NCBI GenBank assembly: GCA_947166515.1
Contig: CAMVEM010000002.1
Location: 162 to 64,161 of the forward strand
Length of the DNA stretch: 64,000 nucleotides
Direction of reading: 5' to 3'
DNA from: an uncultured Clostridia bacterium
GTDB taxonomy: Bacteria; Bacillota; Clostridia; Oscillospirales; Ruminococcaceae
Shown here: in pieces, positions 1-9,811 of the stretch
Layout of the letters: each line of letters opens with the position of its first letter
Numbering within the stretch: the first letter of the stretch is position 1
Notes under the pieces: generated by a model
Seen by the model: the letters and a program-made list of their open reading frames with translations, nothing else
What the model was told of the DNA's origin: nothing
Databases searched by the model: none
Translations under genes and position numbers: made by a program

Positions 1-1668
1 ACTGCCGTTTACAACAACTTATTTGAACGTATGATAGATTCTATGACGGACTTCGGCAATTTCGACCGCGAAGAGTTCGTCGCTATCCTGGATGAAATAT
101 GTGAATTTTTCGGTATTTCCAAAGGGGTCACGGAATTCTATGAGAGCCTGAGTGCTGAAAAAGAAGGAAAAGGCGAAACAATGATAGACTATGACAACGG
201 CCGGGGTGAAAAGGTAGCCCTGTATCGTCGGATCGTCACGCCTTCCATGACAGTTATAAAAAGTACATTATTTATGCCGGAAGATGCAGAACCCCTGCCC
301 GAGGATGAATACCGTAAGCTCGATCTTATGCTGAGAGCAATGCTCAGCTTCATAAGCCGCAACAGGCTCGGCAATCTCGTTGAAAAACTCGCCTTCTATG
401 ATGAAGACGGCTACCCCAATATCAATTACTTTACGCGTCATCTTGAACTCATGAACGAGAAAGACCTGATACGCGGAAATACTACTATACAGTTCAATCT
501 CAGACACTTTTCACTCGTGAACAAAGAGATCGGGCGATCAGCCGGGGATATTGCGATGCGCAGATATTTCAAAACAATAAGTTCGGTCATCGGTCATGAC
601 GGACTTATCTGCCGTGTCGGCGGGGATAATTTTGCCGCAATTTTCAAAAGCGACCTGCTCAGATCAGTTCTTCAGGTCGCCGAAGGATTCCCCATTGTAT
701 ATGATGACGATAATGAAAAGCGCATAATGATCTCAGCGTGTGTCGGAGTATATGTTATTCCGGAGGATTATGTATTTGAAAATCCCGGCGATATACTCGG
801 AAAGATATTCTCTACCGCACATGACGCCAAGCTTGATCTCAACGGCACCGTAGTATATTACAACGAAACATCAATAAAAGAAAAAGAACGCAAGATGCAT
901 GTCCGCAGATTCTTCAAAGAAGCGCTCGCAAACGGAGAATTTCAGGCGTTCTATCAGCCGAAGGTGAACATAGTTACCGGCGAGATAGTCGGTGCAGAGG
1001 CACTCAGCCGCTGGGTCATCGACAACAAGATCGTAGCACCTATCGAGTTTATCCCGGTGCTGGAACAGAACACCGATATATGCAGTCTTGATCTGTACAT
1101 GCTGGAGCTTGTATGCAAGGATATCCGCAGATGGCTCGACGCAGGCAAAAAAGTTGTTAGAGTATCTGTGAACCTCTCCAGAAAGAACCTTATCGACGTT
1201 GACCTGATTGAGCATCTGCTTACGATAGTCGACAAGTACGAGATACCGCATAGATATATTGAGTTCGAGCTTACCGAAACAACGACCGATGTTGCGTTCA
1301 CCGATCTCAAGCGCATTGTGACCGAGCTTCGCAACAAGGACATATCCATAACAGTCGATGATTTCGGCGTAGGTTACTCTTCACTCAATCTGATACGCGA
1401 AATACCGTGGGATGTATTGAAGCTTGACAAGTGCTTTATCCCGACTGAGGAAAATTACGGAATCACCGAGCTCATATTCAGACATGTCGTAGCAATGGCT
1501 CAGGCAATGGGACTTGAATGTGTAGCAGAAGGTGTTGAGACCGAAGATCAGATCCGTATTCTCCGCGATAACGATTGTCTTGTCGCTCAGGGCTTTTACT
1601 TTGACAAGCCGATGCCTGTCAAGGAATTTGACAAGAAGCTCGACGGATTCAGATATGAATGCCCGTAA
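1..1668 (+). CDS. GGDEF(degenerate)-EAL cyclic-di-GMP phosphodiesterase, possibly 5'-partial
   Basis: GGDNF replaces GGDEF; EAL motifs intact (FYQPKV, GAEALSRW, DDFGVGYSS, AEGVET, QGFYF). The frame is open from base 1 to the ATG at 31, so the true start may lie upstream of the window. Confidence 0.88.
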   Translation, partial: TAVYNNLFERMIDSMTDFGNFDREEFVAILDEICEFFGISKGVTEFYESLSAEKEGKGETMIDYDNGRGEKVALYRRIVTPSMTVIKSTLFMPEDAEPLPEDEYRKLDLMLRAMLSFISRNRLGNLVEKLAFYDEDGYPNINYFTRHLELMNEKDLIRGNTTIQFNLRHFSLVNKEIGRSAGDIAMRRYFKTISSVIGHDGLICRVGGDNFAAIFKSDLLRSVLQVAEGFPIVYDDDNEKRIMISACVGVYVIPEDYVFENPGDILGKIFSTAHDAKLDLNGTVVYYNETSIKEKERKMHVRRFFKEALANGEFQAFYQPKVNIVTGEIVGAEALSRWVIDNKIVAPIEFIPVLEQNTDICSLDLYMLELVCKDIRRWLDAGKKVVRVSVNLSRKNLIDVDLIEHLLTIVDKYEIPHRYIEFELTETTTDVAFTDLKRIVTELRNKDISITVDDFGVGYSSLNLIREIPWDVLKLDKCFIPTEENYGITELIFRHVVAMAQAMGLECVAEGVETEDQIRILRDNDCLVAQGFYFDKPMPVKEFDKKLDGFRYECP

Positions 1669-1678
1669 AAATTAACAC

Positions 1679-1712
1679 AAAAAACGGATAACTCGTTTGT
1701 TATCCGTTTTTT
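1679..1712. terminator. Bidirectional intrinsic terminator
   Basis: aaaaaacggataac-tcgttt-gttatccgtttttt perfect inverted repeat between convergent genes. Confidence 0.8.
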
Positions 1713-1738
1713 ATTATATAAAAATATCCAAATGTATA

Positions 1739-1769
1739 TTTTTTCCCCCGCCGGAGGCGGGGGAAAAAA
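1739..1769. repeat. Dispersed palindrome family 1, copy 1
   Basis: ttttttcccccgcc-GGA-ggcgggggaaaaaa; 14-bp perfect stem, 3-nt loop. Confidence 0.85.
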
Positions 1770-1818
1770 CGGAAATAAAACTTGTTTAAAGTCTGAAATT
1801 ATAATAGCATGAAATAAA

Positions 1819-3594
1819 CTACTTACTCTGCTTGTCTCTTCTGCGCTTCTCGGCGTCGATGCCCTCCACGAGCCAGAGAACATGCTCTATGCTGCCGTCC
1901 GGCGCACGCTTCGATACAACGAACCTTGCACGGCTCCACACTCCCCTGCAGCTCATGAATTCCTCGGTTATGGTGTTTGTATTCTTAAGGCGCTCATCAA
2001 GAGTAGAAAGATTTATGAACTCATGTATAGTCTCGCGGGTGCTGTCATCCGACATCTGATCCATGACAGCATACATAGTCGCCTGTGCATTTTCCGTCTG
2101 GCCGCCGATAAGGTCGTTCACCCTCTTGACTCTTGTCTTTATCTCATTGAGAGTATCATTCTTAAGATCTATATCCTGCATCGCAAAATAAATGTTTGCT
2201 ACCGTAGAGATCTGCTCATTCATTGTCTTTACAGCTTCAAGATTCGTATCGCGTTCGCGCTTTTCCCTGTCTATATCCTCGATAAGATACATTGCGCGGC
2301 CGACCCTGCCGTTCGGCTGTCTTTCGGATACTATAAAGCGCGCTCTGCGCCAGTTTTTTTCTATGCTCAGGAATTCCTCCGTCATGGTGTCGCGTTCTTT
2401 AAGCCGATGATCGAGCTTTGAGAAGTCCACAAAATCAAGTATCATATCTCTTGACAAAGGATCAGTGCACTTTTCCATTATACCGCTTATAAGCTCCTGA
2501 CAGTTATGACGCGAGCCGCTTGTCATTTCCGCTGCCAGATCATTAGTACAGCGTATCGTTCTGAAAGTGTCGGAAACAAAATTGATCTCATGAAGCGAGA
2601 TGTAGATGTCAGACAATGTGGAAAGCTGAGAACTGAGCTGTTTTGCGGTGATCTGACGTCTTACTGATGTTATCATTATAAACGAAATGACAGCAGTTAA
2701 AACGATAGCAGTCGAAAGCGTGCTCGCAAACAGAACGTTCAGCTCCATAAGCGTTCTGGTGGAGTTCATAACGGAAATACAATGCCAGCCGTTCCGCATT
2801 GTGGCTACATATACTATATAGTTATATCCGCCGAAAGATATCTCAAAGCTGTCATCGTCTGTCCTCATCAGCTCAGAAAATACTGTAGCGCCGAGAGTAT
2901 TATCCTCGTCAAGATAATTCTTACCGACCTCGCTTCTGTCGGAATGTGCAATGACTATTCCAGTTTCGGTCAGTATCATTTCAGCGTCGGCATTTTCAAA
3001 TACCGTGGCATTCTCGGTGATAGTCTGGACCCTGTCAAGCGACACATCGACCGAAACAACGCTCACGCCGTCACAGAGAGTCTTTCCGAGAGCGATCATG
3101 GTGTGTCCCGCCTGAAGGTCGTTATACGGCTCAAGTACCGTGATCTGTCCGGGATCAGTCAGCGGCTTGATATACCACGGACGTTTTGTCGCATCATATC
3201 CCTCCGGTGCTATCCAGTTAACACCGCTGAAAAATTTTTCGTTTATATATCCGTATATGCCTGACGTATTCTCGCTTACGACGTTCTTTATCGCAATTGA
3301 CTGGCTTGCAAGATACTCCTGTATATCTGCGTCAGATCTTTTTTCAGATATCATTTCATCAAGTGCGAACGCTGTAAGCTTTATCGCGTCGGTATTAGTG
3401 ACGAAATAATTACCGATCAGATCCGCCGCCTGCATAGCAGACATTCTGCCGCCCTTAATTATATTGGCACGCTTTTCTTCGTACAGTCTGCTATAGAACG
3501 CAAAAATGACACCTGCGAACAAAGCGGCCACAAGCACGGTGAAAATGATACATTTTATGATAAGCGACTTTTCCTTCCATGTTTTTCTGCTCAT
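1819..3594 (-). CDS. Membrane sensor: dCache-like domain plus two tandem PAS-like repeats, no output domain
   Basis: N-terminal TM, YDATKRPWY/EPYND Cache motif, second TM, then two repeats ending WRRARFIV..EDIDREKRERD and WSRARFVV..EGIDAEKRRRD; stop follows three residues later. Confidence 0.8.
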   Translation of the reverse strand: MSRKTWKEKSLIIKCIIFTVLVAALFAGVIFAFYSRLYEEKRANIIKGGRMSAMQAADLIGNYFVTNTDAIKLTAFALDEMISEKRSDADIQEYLASQSIAIKNVVSENTSGIYGYINEKFFSGVNWIAPEGYDATKRPWYIKPLTDPGQITVLEPYNDLQAGHTMIALGKTLCDGVSVVSVDVSLDRVQTITENATVFENADAEMILTETGIVIAHSDRSEVGKNYLDEDNTLGATVFSELMRTDDDSFEISFGGYNYIVYVATMRNGWHCISVMNSTRTLMELNVLFASTLSTAIVLTAVISFIMITSVRRQITAKQLSSQLSTLSDIYISLHEINFVSDTFRTIRCTNDLAAEMTSGSRHNCQELISGIMEKCTDPLSRDMILDFVDFSKLDHRLKERDTMTEEFLSIEKNWRRARFIVSERQPNGRVGRAMYLIEDIDREKRERDTNLEAVKTMNEQISTVANIYFAMQDIDLKNDTLNEIKTRVKRVNDLIGGQTENAQATMYAVMDQMSDDSTRETIHEFINLSTLDERLKNTNTITEEFMSCRGVWSRARFVVSKRAPDGSIEHVLWLVEGIDAEKRRRDKQSK

Positions 3595-3616
3595 TGCATT
3601 TTTCCCGGACCGTATT

Positions 3617-3772
3617 GGGTACCTCTAAAAACCCATTTGGAAAGAGAAATCGTGCCGATCGCGCCGAAGACGAGGAAAGGCTCCGATAGCGTGCTGACGC
3701 ACGTTGAGGAGACTTGACAAAGTATTCGGCGTGAGCGGTGCGGTTTCTCCCGAAGGGTTTTTAGAGGTTCCC
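3617..3772. mobile_element. 156-bp MITE (non-autonomous inverted-repeat element)
   Basis: Terminal inverted repeats gggtacctctaaaaaccc (3617-3634) and gggtttttagaggttccc (3755-3772) match 17/18; flanked by the direct repeat TATT (3613-3616, 3773-3776); long internal hairpin; no transposase. Confidence 0.8.
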
Positions 3773-3774
3773 TA

Positions 3775-5139
3775 TTATCTTCTCCTACGGTCTCCCACTT
3801 TCTGATAATATTCGGACTTGTCTCTGTACATCTCTTTGTCCGCACGGTGGAACACTTCTCTGTACTCTTTGTCTTCTCCCTGTCTGTAGATCGAATAACC
3901 CATAGAAACGCTCAGAGGCCTTTTATACGGTTTTTCTTTCAGATTATCCGCTGCAAGACGATATTCAAATCGCGACATACCGTTCTGGATCTCTGTCTCG
4001 GACACAGTATTCAGTATCACGATAAACTCGTCGCCGCCGATGCGGAATATCTCTCCCTTGTCATACACCGATGAAAGCGCGTTGGTGATATCTATTATAG
4101 CCATATCGCCGAATTCATGCCCCAGATCGTCGTTTATGCTCTTAAGGCCGTTCATATCGAATACTATGACCGAGAAGGCTGCTTTTCCCTCGCCGATCAT
4201 TTCGTTTATATGCTTTTCGGTGTTAAGATATGCCGCCTTGTTCATAACACCGGTCATTCCGTCTATAAACGCCTGCGCCTTGACATTCGAGATCTGAGTA
4301 TAAAGCTCGTCCTGAAGCGAGAGGATCCTCATTCTCATCGTATCTATATCATCGTCGCCCTCAAATTCGGCACTGTCACGCTGGACTTTTTCTTCCGCAA
4401 CGTTGACACCGGACATATTCCTTACTTCGTACATCAGATTGCCGAAATTATCGGCGAGTTCATTGAGCTGACCGTTTACGACACGGATACGGTTGCGGTT
4501 CTTGCGGGTGAGCGTTATTACTATCACCATAGCGAGCAGCAGCGATGATGCTACGGAAATGATCGTTGTCCAGATCATCGGAGCCACTTTAGCGTCATAC
4601 CATTTCTTGCTGAAATCCACAGCAACGATGCCCGCGATCCTGCCCATTGAATCGAACACCGGGCTGTAAGCACTGTAAAACCAGCCCCACCTGTCCTTAT
4701 ACGGTTCCACATCGACAGATGAAATTCCCTTGCTTGCTCTATAAAGCGCATCAGTATATACGACTGCTTCGCCGAAATCCGCAGGTTCGTCGGGCGACGG
4801 GTCAAGACCGAATGTAAAGTGATTGTTACCTTCGTCCCTTATGCAATAGATATATTCAAGGTCTATACTCTGACGGAATTCTCTCAGTATGCTCATTACA
4901 GCCTCATATCCGGGCTCACCCTTGTCATCAGGAGTCAGTGTCCTGAGGGCGTCGCCGTCCAGCAAAGCAGACGCGGTATTGGCTATATCGAGCATTCTTC
5001 CGTTTATCTGAGACTTCATGGAAGACGCTGACTGATAAGTCAGCAGAACTCCGAGGATAGTATTCACAATAAAGAGTATAAGCACAAGCAACGCCATGTA
5101 TTTTGACGTAATATCTATTTTACGTTTCATACGCTTCAC
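3775..5139 (-). CDS. Membrane-bound diguanylate cyclase with extracytoplasmic sensor
   Basis: Two TMs flanking a Cache-like region; DGMTGVMN, FDMNGLKSINDDLGHEFGD, FRIGGDEF, ADKEMY. Confidence 0.92.
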   Translation of the reverse strand: MKRMKRKIDITSKYMALLVLILFIVNTILGVLLTYQSASSMKSQINGRMLDIANTASALLDGDALRTLTPDDKGEPGYEAVMSILREFRQSIDLEYIYCIRDEGNNHFTFGLDPSPDEPADFGEAVVYTDALYRASKGISSVDVEPYKDRWGWFYSAYSPVFDSMGRIAGIVAVDFSKKWYDAKVAPMIWTTIISVASSLLLAMVIVITLTRKNRNRIRVVNGQLNELADNFGNLMYEVRNMSGVNVAEEKVQRDSAEFEGDDDIDTMRMRILSLQDELYTQISNVKAQAFIDGMTGVMNKAAYLNTEKHINEMIGEGKAAFSVIVFDMNGLKSINDDLGHEFGDMAIIDITNALSSVYDKGEIFRIGGDEFIVILNTVSETEIQNGMSRFEYRLAADNLKEKPYKRPLSVSMGYSIYRQGEDKEYREVFHRADKEMYRDKSEYYQKVGDRRRR

Positions 5140-5171
5140 AGCTTCATGCGCCTCCCCTACACATATAGTAT

Positions 5172-5200
5172 ATTATATCACAAACGGTTCACGATTTCAA
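5172..5200 (-). promoter_or_regulatory. sigma-A promoter for the diguanylate cyclase gene
   Basis: Minus strand TTGAAA-17 nt-TATAAT with TG extended -10. Confidence 0.7.
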
Positions 5201-5353
5201 CACAGGCAAATTACATTTATACAAATTGCCTAATTCAACCGCTGAAAGGGTCATTTTTTTAGCTTTCATACGGATTTTTCCGTCCGAATTCACTCCAGCC
5301 TGCAGAAAAGCCCCGTTTTTTGCTATTTATTTAACTTTTTATAGCAAAATATG

Positions 5354-5382
5354 TTGACAAATGGCTTAAAATGCGGTATAAT
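5354..5382 (+). promoter_or_regulatory. Consensus sigma-A promoter of hup
   Basis: TTGACA (5354-5359)-17 nt-TATAAT (5377-5382). Confidence 0.85.
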
Positions 5383-5490
5383 GTCTCTTGTAAAGGTGAA
5401 CAGTACAGTTCGACCGAAAAAAAGGCAACGCTTTGACGCAATGCATCAAAGCGAGATTGTAAGCTCCTAAAAGGAGCAGGAGGAAGCAAA

Positions 5491-5772
5491 ATGACAAAGG
5501 CAGAACTTATCTCGGCTATCGCAGAGAAGACAGAACTTACAAAGAAGGATTCCGCAAAGGCTCTTGACGCTATCACAGCAGTTATCACAAAGACACTTGC
5601 TGACGGCGGTAAGGTTCAGCTCGTTGGTTTCGGTACATTTGAGTCCCGTGCACGCGCTGCAAGAACCGGTATCAACCCCCAGACAAAGAAGCAGATCAAG
5701 ATCAAGGCCACAAAGGTTCCCGCTTTCAAGGCTGGACAGGCTCTCAAGGACGCAGTTGCCAAGAAAAAGTAA
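5491..5772 (+). CDS. hup: DNA-binding protein HU
   Basis: [35 protein letters not shown] signature; AGGAGG RBS. Confidence 0.98.
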   Translation: MTKAELISAIAEKTELTKKDSAKALDAITAVITKTLADGGKVQLVGFGTFESRARAARTGINPQTKKQIKIKATKVPAFKAGQALKDAVAKKK

Positions 5773-5795
5773 GCTGAATATTCAGACAATAACAG

Positions 5796-5834
5796 GTCCG
5801 GAAGCGGTGTCATTGCTGCTTCCGGACTTTTTTT
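5796..5834 (+). terminator. Intrinsic terminator of hup
   Basis: gtccggaagcggtg..tgctgcttccggac followed by a T7 tract. Confidence 0.85.
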
Positions 5835-5909
5835 GCCGCTTTGATCCGCACAGTACTGAGAATATAAGTTCCTCCCCTGCTCATACAGGGAAGGCACATA
5901 AAAAACTGT

Positions 5910-7463
5910 TTATTCACGCAGAGCATAAAGTCTGTCGCGATCTATTATCTGAAGCATACATCTTGCTGCGTCCGGGTCAAACTGTGTACCGATGTTCTTC
6001 TCAATTTCCGCCCTCGCAGCTTCCTGAGTAAGATACTTCCTGTAGGTGCGGTTAGACGTCATGGCATCATAACAGTCCGCGACCGTGATGATACGGATAA
6101 GAAGAGGTATCTCCTCGCCCTTTTTCCCGTCAGGATATCCGGTCCCGTCATAATATTCGTGATGCCAGCGCGCACCGAGAGCAAGATCGGGCTCGCTCTT
6201 TATTTTTTCGAGTATCTCATATCCGAATATCGGGTGAGACCTGACAAGTTCAAGCTCCTCATCGGTAAGCTTTGTCTTCTTATTGAGGATTTCCTTCGGG
6301 ATACCTATTTTTCCGACATCATGCAGAAGCCCCATATAATAGACCTTTTCCTGATCTTCATCCGAAAGGCCGAGATTTCCGGCTATCATTCTTGAATAGA
6401 TAGCTACACGCTCGGAATGACCGTTGGTATATTCATCCTTCGCGTCTATCGCCTTGGCAAGCGCGTCCATAACTTCCGACGTGAGCGTTTTGACCGCCTC
6501 ATGCGATCGTTTCACTTCGCAGATATAATTGTCGATCTCATTCGAAAGCTCTGACAGATCATCCGCAAACAGCTTGAGCTCGTTATTTGCGGTCACTTTC
6601 TTCATATTCTCTATTACATCAGAGCTGTTCTTTGTGGCCATATACTGCCTTACGCATTTCTGCATTTCAGTTATCGGGGTTATTACCCTTTTGCGCAAGA
6701 AGCTTAGCAGCAAAACAACAAGCAATATCAGTATCGCCAGACATATCATAAGCATCATCACGAGATTTTCCGTGAATGATTTATTGAAGCTCGTCCAGTC
6801 ATATTCAACACATACCGCGCATTTCTGCGTCATGCCTACTTCTATCGTAGCATATCCGATATACAGGCTTACTCCTTCAGAAGCCTTGAAAACCTCATAT
6901 TCAGAAGGCGTGTACACACCGGAAAGTATCTTTTTTATTGCAGGATGACGAGAGGGACTGACATCCTTCTGCTGACCGAGGGATGTATTGGACTGCGAGT
7001 CGTCACGTATTCCGGAACAATATACATATCCGTCTTTCAGATCCATGAAATATATGCTTTTGTAATCCAGCTTTGACATCTCAAGGTCGATATCGTTGCA
7101 TATCTTGCGATAATAGTCCTTCGCCAAAGTATGCCTTGCTATATCTGAAAACCCGTTGAAATCCACATCATTGAAATTCGCTTCCCACTGAAAATCGCTG
7201 TATTCATAATCGAGCTCGTCCCTTGTATAGTCGCCTATAACGCTTTCGGCGTTTTCTTTCCAATAACCGAGCATAGCGGACAGCGCGGGAATTTTCTGTA
7301 TGTTCGCTCTCATACGGAACAGGTCGCGGTCTATCATCTCATTTTTCGCATTCAGAAACATCGTGGTAGTTCCGATAGAAACAACTATCCCGAGAACGAC
7401 TACGACCGTGATGACAAATGTCGCAAGCAATACGCCCGTCTGAAACAGAAGCTTTTTTGGCAT
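5910..7463 (-). CDS. Membrane HD-GYP cyclic-dinucleotide phosphodiesterase with HAMP-like linker
   Basis: Two TMs; AIDAKDEYTNGHSERVA, LHDVGK, HHEYYDGTGYP, ADCYDAMTSNRTY. Confidence 0.92.
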   Translation of the reverse strand: MPKKLLFQTGVLLATFVITVVVVLGIVVSIGTTTMFLNAKNEMIDRDLFRMRANIQKIPALSAMLGYWKENAESVIGDYTRDELDYEYSDFQWEANFNDVDFNGFSDIARHTLAKDYYRKICNDIDLEMSKLDYKSIYFMDLKDGYVYCSGIRDDSQSNTSLGQQKDVSPSRHPAIKKILSGVYTPSEYEVFKASEGVSLYIGYATIEVGMTQKCAVCVEYDWTSFNKSFTENLVMMLMICLAILILLVVLLLSFLRKRVITPITEMQKCVRQYMATKNSSDVIENMKKVTANNELKLFADDLSELSNEIDNYICEVKRSHEAVKTLTSEVMDALAKAIDAKDEYTNGHSERVAIYSRMIAGNLGLSDEDQEKVYYMGLLHDVGKIGIPKEILNKKTKLTDEELELVRSHPIFGYEILEKIKSEPDLALGARWHHEYYDGTGYPDGKKGEEIPLLIRIITVADCYDAMTSNRTYRKYLTQEAARAEIEKNIGTQFDPDAARCMLQIIDRDRLYALRE

Positions 7464-7592
7464 AATGCATCCTCCGTTTTTCCGGAATATATAAATATAT
7501 ATCCCGATATGCTGTTTTTAACAGCAAAGGTCCTATGCAATCAGTTCATAGGACCTTATCATATGATCACACTACAGGGTGCCTTTAAATCA

Positions 7593-9737
7593 TTATATGC
7601 CCTTGAAATAAACACACATCATGGTCGTATCATCAAACTGTTCGGTATCGCCTGCAAATGCGCCAAGACCGCTCTTCACGCATTTTATATGATCCTCCGG
7701 CGAGCAGCCCACAGATTTATTAAGAAGAGCTATCGTTCTTTCTGTGCCGAAATGCTCACCGCTTGCATTCTTCAGATCGGTAACGCCGTCGGTATAGATA
7801 AAGAGGTTTCCGCCGCCGCTCATATCTATCGTAAGATCTTCGTAGATCATATCGTCATCAGTTCCCACAGGCGGGAAATTATCGCTCTCCACAAGCTCAT
7901 ACTTTCCGTCTCTGCGTTTTACGGCGGGATATTCGTGACCGGCGTTCGCATACGTCACAATACCGGTTTTAAGATCAAGTATGCCGAACCATATCGTGAT
8001 GAAAAGACCCATTTTATTGTTTTCGCAGATATGCTTGTTCACATCACGAAGTATCTCTGCGGGAGTTCCAGGAAGAAGTGCGCGGTCGTGAAGCACAAGC
8101 TTCGAGGTCGCCATGAACAGAGCAGCCGGAACGCCTTTTCCGGATACATCCGCCATTACGAGCGCAAGGTGTTCATTGTCCGTCTGGAAGAAATCGTAGA
8201 AATCGCCGCCCACGTTCTTTGCGGGTATCATGGACGCGCTTATCTCATACAGACTATGCGTTGAAAATTCCGACGGAAGCATACTTTGCTGCATCTGCGC
8301 AGCGACCTTGAGCTCCGCGGTTATCTTATCGGTAAGGAATTTCTGATAGTGCATGTTGACATATACGCCAATGCCCATTCCGACCGTATTTGTGATGCTT
8401 GCAGATCTGGTATATTCGTTTATCTCAAACGGAGCATAAGAATAGCATATATATCCGAACGGCTTGGACATAAAGTCGAGCGCGTTAAAAACAATCGGAT
8501 ATCCTGAACTCATACGCTTTTCTATATTTGGCACGAGCTCTCCGGCCTTAAGCGGCACATTGCATTCATCCGGATGTTCCGAGTCAAAGAACACACACAG
8601 ATTACTCACCTTATCGTTTGAGGTGAAATAGTTCCTCACACTGTCAAAGCAGCTTTTATCCACAACACAGCAGGTGTCATGCAGAAAGGCGTGGTTAAGA
8701 TACGACGCTGCCTGCTCGGGAGATGACGACATCTGCATTCTGGTAGAGATGTCATACAGCACTCTGATATCGTCCTGATAGCGGTAGAACTTATTGTTGA
8801 AGCTGTTCATCTTCTCATTTCCGGCGGGCTGAACATATTCGCAACCGCAGGAAGCATTAGGACTGAGCTTGGGCAGAACAAACATACTGGATATATCTTC
8901 GCCGTTCATCAGACCGACAGCGCATTTTACCACCGCTTCGGCAAGAGCCATAGTGTCACAGCCTGCTGTTGAGAGTTGAGGTGTTGAGAGAAGCGCCTCT
9001 TCAATACCGTCGAAGCCGGTAACTATCACCTGCTCGGGCACCTTTATCCCCGCCTTCGTGAACACGTCGCACACATTCACCGCCATAACGTCGTTTGCGC
9101 ATATAACGGAATCGGGGAGATCGCCGCTGTCTATGAGCTTCTGAGTGGCGATCCTGGCAGGCTCCGACCAGAATTCGCCATAGCTTATCATGCTTTCATC
9201 GAATGGTATGCCGTTTTCTGCGATAACTTTTTTGAATATGTCTATTCTCGCGTCAGAGAATTTGTTGCCTTTACTTCCCGCAATAAAATGCGGCTTTTTT
9301 GCGCCATGGTACTCAATAACATGGCGCACAACGTTCTCGAAGCCTTTTTCGTAATCAAAAGAGACTTCGGAAGCGCCTTCGTATTTTCCGTCAACAACGA
9401 CCACGGGGACAGTATGCTCGTGCGCCTTTCGGATAAGATCCTCGGTGACCGCGCTGCATTTGATCTTTTCATCCATGATTATGAGGCATTCGAGCTTGTC
9501 ATAAGGGATGATATCAAACACATAACTCTCTGCGCTGTCACTTTCCGTCATCCAGTAGAGATCGGAAGTGAGCGCAAAGATCAGCAGACAGCAGTTATAT
9601 GGTCTCAGATATTCATTGATCTCTTCAAGAATGCTGAACTGCTGATGATCAAATATTCTTGATGAACATAATGCGATTATTTTTTTTCCGTTTATCATTT
9701 TATCACCGTAAATATTATTAATACAAGCAATACCCAC
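7593..9737 (-). CDS. LacI-type sugar-binding domain fused to a SpoIIE/PP2C phosphatase (start probably 9698)
   Basis: N-half has PBP/LacI effector motifs (DSVICANDVMA, VIVTGFDG); C-terminus has VGGDFYDF, ADVSGKGVPAA, NAGH, YTDG, DDTT. Confidence 0.85.
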   Translation of the reverse strand: MGIACINNIYGDKMINGKKIIALCSSRIFDHQQFSILEEINEYLRPYNCCLLIFALTSDLYWMTESDSAESYVFDIIPYDKLECLIIMDEKIKCSAVTEDLIRKAHEHTVPVVVVDGKYEGASEVSFDYEKGFENVVRHVIEYHGAKKPHFIAGSKGNKFSDARIDIFKKVIAENGIPFDESMISYGEFWSEPARIATQKLIDSGDLPDSVICANDVMAVNVCDVFTKAGIKVPEQVIVTGFDGIEEALLSTPQLSTAGCDTMALAEAVVKCAVGLMNGEDISSMFVLPKLSPNASCGCEYVQPAGNEKMNSFNNKFYRYQDDIRVLYDISTRMQMSSSPEQAASYLNHAFLHDTCCVVDKSCFDSVRNYFTSNDKVSNLCVFFDSEHPDECNVPLKAGELVPNIEKRMSSGYPIVFNALDFMSKPFGYICYSYAPFEINEYTRSASITNTVGMGIGVYVNMHYQKFLTDKITAELKVAAQMQQSMLPSEFSTHSLYEISASMIPAKNVGGDFYDFFQTDNEHLALVMADVSGKGVPAALFMATSKLVLHDRALLPGTPAEILRDVNKHICENNKMGLFITIWFGILDLKTGIVTYANAGHEYPAVKRRDGKYELVESDNFPPVGTDDDMIYEDLTIDMSGGGNLFIYTDGVTDLKNASGEHFGTERTIALLNKSVGCSPEDHIKCVKSGLGAFAGDTEQFDDTTMMCVYFKGI

Positions 9738-9811
9738 ACAGTATAAGCGACGCAGGCTATCATTGTCTGCTCAAGTTGTAAATATTGACAATACCGATAC
9801 ATTATGTTTAA

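Noticed and set aside
3714-3742. TTGACA inside the MITE as an outward promoter
   Set aside because: No -10 at 16-18 bp spacing (GGTGCG at 17)
3591-3845. 84-aa ORF across the MITE as a transposase fragment
   Set aside because: No transposase motif; it is a chance frame through the element
5420-5450. ggcaac..gacgcaatgc in the hup leader resembling a c-di-GMP-I riboswitch
   Set aside because: Lacks the GNRA-capped stem between GGCAAA and GACGCAAAGC and lacks the second stem
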